Assembly (NCBI GenBank): GCA_035688805.1
Contig: DASSMQ010000047.1
Coordinates: 9,135-73,134 of the forward strand
From: Candidatus Limnocylindrales bacterium
Lineage (GTDB): Bacteria > Chloroflexota > Limnocylindria > Limnocylindrales > CSP1-4
Direction of reading: 5' to 3'
DNA length: 64,000 nucleotides
The notes under the pieces were generated by a model. It worked only from the letters and a program-made list of their open reading frames with translations. It did not search any database and was not told the DNA's origin. This document shows positions 62,516-64,000 of this stretch, in pieces. Position numbers and translations under genes: made by a program. Each line of letters opens with the position of its first letter. The stretch's first letter is position 1.

Positions 62516-63202
62516 ATGTGGCCCCGTCTGTCCATCCTGGCCGGCCTCGTCGCGGGCGTGCTGGCTGCGGTCCTCGTGATCGGCGGGATCGTCGCCATCG
62601 CGCCTCCCCCGGTCGCGGTCGCGACCATGGCCCCGGCCCCGTCGATGTCGAGCGGTCTCGTCGGGACCCCGACACCGGCCCCCGTCACGTCGGCGACGCC
62701 GTCGGGCTCGGGCGTCGCCCCTTCGGGAGCCCCGTCGTCGAGTCCAGGCGGATCGACCGGGCTCTTCCACCTCGGCGAAGCGGCACCCGCCTTGGTCGTG
62801 CCCAAGGTCGGCGGGGGCACCATCGACCTCGCCGGTCTGCGCGGGAAGCCGGTCTGGGTCAACTTCATGGGGACGTACTGCCAGCCGTCTCTCGACGAGT
62901 TCCCGCTCATGAACGGGTTCGCAGCGCGCTACGCCAGCTCGGGGGTCGTGATCCTGGCGATCGATGTCAAGGAGGACGCAGGCACCATCGCCGCCTTCGC
63001 CGAGCAGCTTGGTGCGACCTTCCCGCTGGGCCTCGACGCCGTCGGCTCGGCCGCGGATCGATGGGGAGCGGTCGCTCTGCCCGTCCATTTCTGGATCGAC
63101 AAGGACGGGATCATCCGCGACGGCGCGCTCGGCGGCATCGGGCCCGACGTCATGGCCAGGGGCCTCGGCTCGATCCTGCCCGGCGTCACCGTCACGCCGT
63201 GA
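62516..63202 (+). CDS. Membrane-anchored TlpA/ResA-like thioredoxin-fold protein with a CxxS active site
   Basis: MWPRLSILAGLVAGVLAAVLVIGG (TM), then LRGKPVWVNFMGTYCQPSLDEFPLM, compared with the family pattern NFWAxWCxPCxxExP, and the end PVHFWIDKDGIIR. Confidence 0.7.
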   Translation: MWPRLSILAGLVAGVLAAVLVIGGIVAIAPPPVAVATMAPAPSMSSGLVGTPTPAPVTSATPSGSGVAPSGAPSSSPGGSTGLFHLGEAAPALVVPKVGGGTIDLAGLRGKPVWVNFMGTYCQPSLDEFPLMNGFAARYASSGVVILAIDVKEDAGTIAAFAEQLGATFPLGLDAVGSAADRWGAVALPVHFWIDKDGIIRDGALGGIGPDVMARGLGSILPGVTVTP

Positions 63203-64000
63203 CCGACGCCGGCCCGCCGCCGGCGCCCGCCGTGTCCTCCGCCCGGGAACTGGCCGCCGCCGTGGACGCCCTGGTCGATGCCCCGTCGCCCCTCCTCGTC
63301 GTGCTCGATTTCGACGGCACCCTGGCGATCGGGACGCGCGATCCTGGCGCCGCTCGGATCGAGCCATCCGCGGGACGGGCGCTGCGGCGCTTGGCAGGCT
63401 CGGCCGACGCGCGACCGGAGCGGCTCCACGTCGCGGTGTTGACCGGTCGGGTCGTGACGGACGTAGTCACGCGGGTCCGCGTCGGCGGGGTGGAGTACCT
63501 CGGCGACCATGGGCTCCAGCGTGCGCGGCTTGCCCGCGGTGGGCGCCCTGAGCGACTCACCGCCTCGACGGACCAGGCCTTCGACGTCCATCGTGGGGCT
63601 GCCGAAGCGCTCGCGACGGGGGTGGCGGCGGCGCTCGGTCGGCCGCCGTGGCTGTTCGTCGAGCGGAAGGGGCCGTCCGTGGCCTTCCACGTACGTCAGG
63701 CCGACGACGTGGCCGTGGCCCGGGCCTCGGTGGTCGCGGCCATCGAGCGCGTCGAGCGCGACCTCGGGCTTGTGCATGATCTCGCCCACTACCGCGGCCG
63801 GTCGGTGGTCGACCTCCGCCCGCGGGCGGCCGGCGGCAAGCGCGAGGCCATCGAAGGCCTCCTCGCCCGGCATCGGCCCGGCGCGATCGTGGTCATGGGC
63901 GACGAACTGAGCGACGTCGACGCCTTCGAGGCGGTCCATGCCGCCCGTGCCGGGAACACGGCCTCCTCGCCCTCCTCACCGCGCCCCGGCATCGTCGGGA
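63199..64000 (+). CDS. HAD-family phosphatase, trehalose-6-phosphate phosphatase-like (3' end runs off the window)
   Basis: GTG 63199 overlaps the upstream stop (GTGA). My translation has the motifs LLVVLDFDGTLA, VLTGR, GGKREAI and VMGDELSDVDAFEAV. The frame stays open to the window end. Confidence 0.6.
   Translation, partial: MTDAGPPPAPAVSSARELAAAVDALVDAPSPLLVVLDFDGTLAIGTRDPGAARIEPSAGRALRRLAGSADARPERLHVAVLTGRVVTDVVTRVRVGGVEYLGDHGLQRARLARGGRPERLTASTDQAFDVHRGAAEALATGVAAALGRPPWLFVERKGPSVAFHVRQADDVAVARASVVAAIERVERDLGLVHDLAHYRGRSVVDLRPRAAGGKREAIEGLLARHRPGAIVVMGDELSDVDAFEAVHAARAGNTASSPSSPRPGIVG

Overview
Very GC-rich bacterial chromosome segment (roughly 70% GC by eye, not computed). It is almost wall-to-wall coding and dominated by core housekeeping genes of the replication-origin neighbourhood. 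Reading left to right:
- 1-4.8 kb: a partial NhaP antiporter and mreD-mrdA-rodA on the minus strand.
- 4968: a near-consensus parS site.
- 5.1-14.2 kb: a translationally coupled plus-strand block parA-parB-gyrB-thioesterase-AlkD-like-gyrA-prs-small membrane ORF.
- 14.2-24.3 kb: secA, a DUF218 gene, a small Cys-rich ORF abutting prfB (which has the canonical +1 frameshift site), GNAT, ftsE-ftsX, an S41 protease and smpB.
- 24.3-28.9 kb: an MFS gene and a lipoprotein on the minus strand, then tmRNA and a Kef-type antiporter.
- 29-40.4 kb: the classical rpmH-rnpA-yidD-yidC-jag operon, divergent from dnaA-dnaN-recF-DUF721(DciA-like), followed by a PP2C-fold membrane protein, a rhomboid and a DUF151 nuclease.
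- 40.4-55.9 kb, the least ordinary part: a polyprenyl-phosphate-sugar synthase-like GT2, three GT-C membrane glycosyltransferase genes (one encodes an 1819-aa double GT-C fusion), and directly next to them a seven-gene translationally coupled operon: ArsR, PI-phosphate synthase, inositol-1-phosphate synthase, two acyltransferases, a PHP phosphoesterase and a PimA-like GT4.
- 55.9-64 kb: an ECF sigma with an anti-sigma factor carrying BNR plus Kelch propellers, an MFS gene, a CorA-like gene, a sortase-like gene lacking the catalytic Cys, a CxxS redoxin and a partial trehalose-phosphatase-like gene.

Gene order (prfB-ftsEX-smpB-ssrA, dnaA-dnaN-recF-DUF721, PI/PIM genes) suggests an actinobacterial lineage, but I cannot verify that here. 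I saw no CRISPR array, rRNA, tRNA, transposase, integrase or recognisable defence system. The many long antisense and alternative-frame ORFs in the track are high-GC artefacts. All functional calls come from my reading of the translations and motifs; no database search was run.
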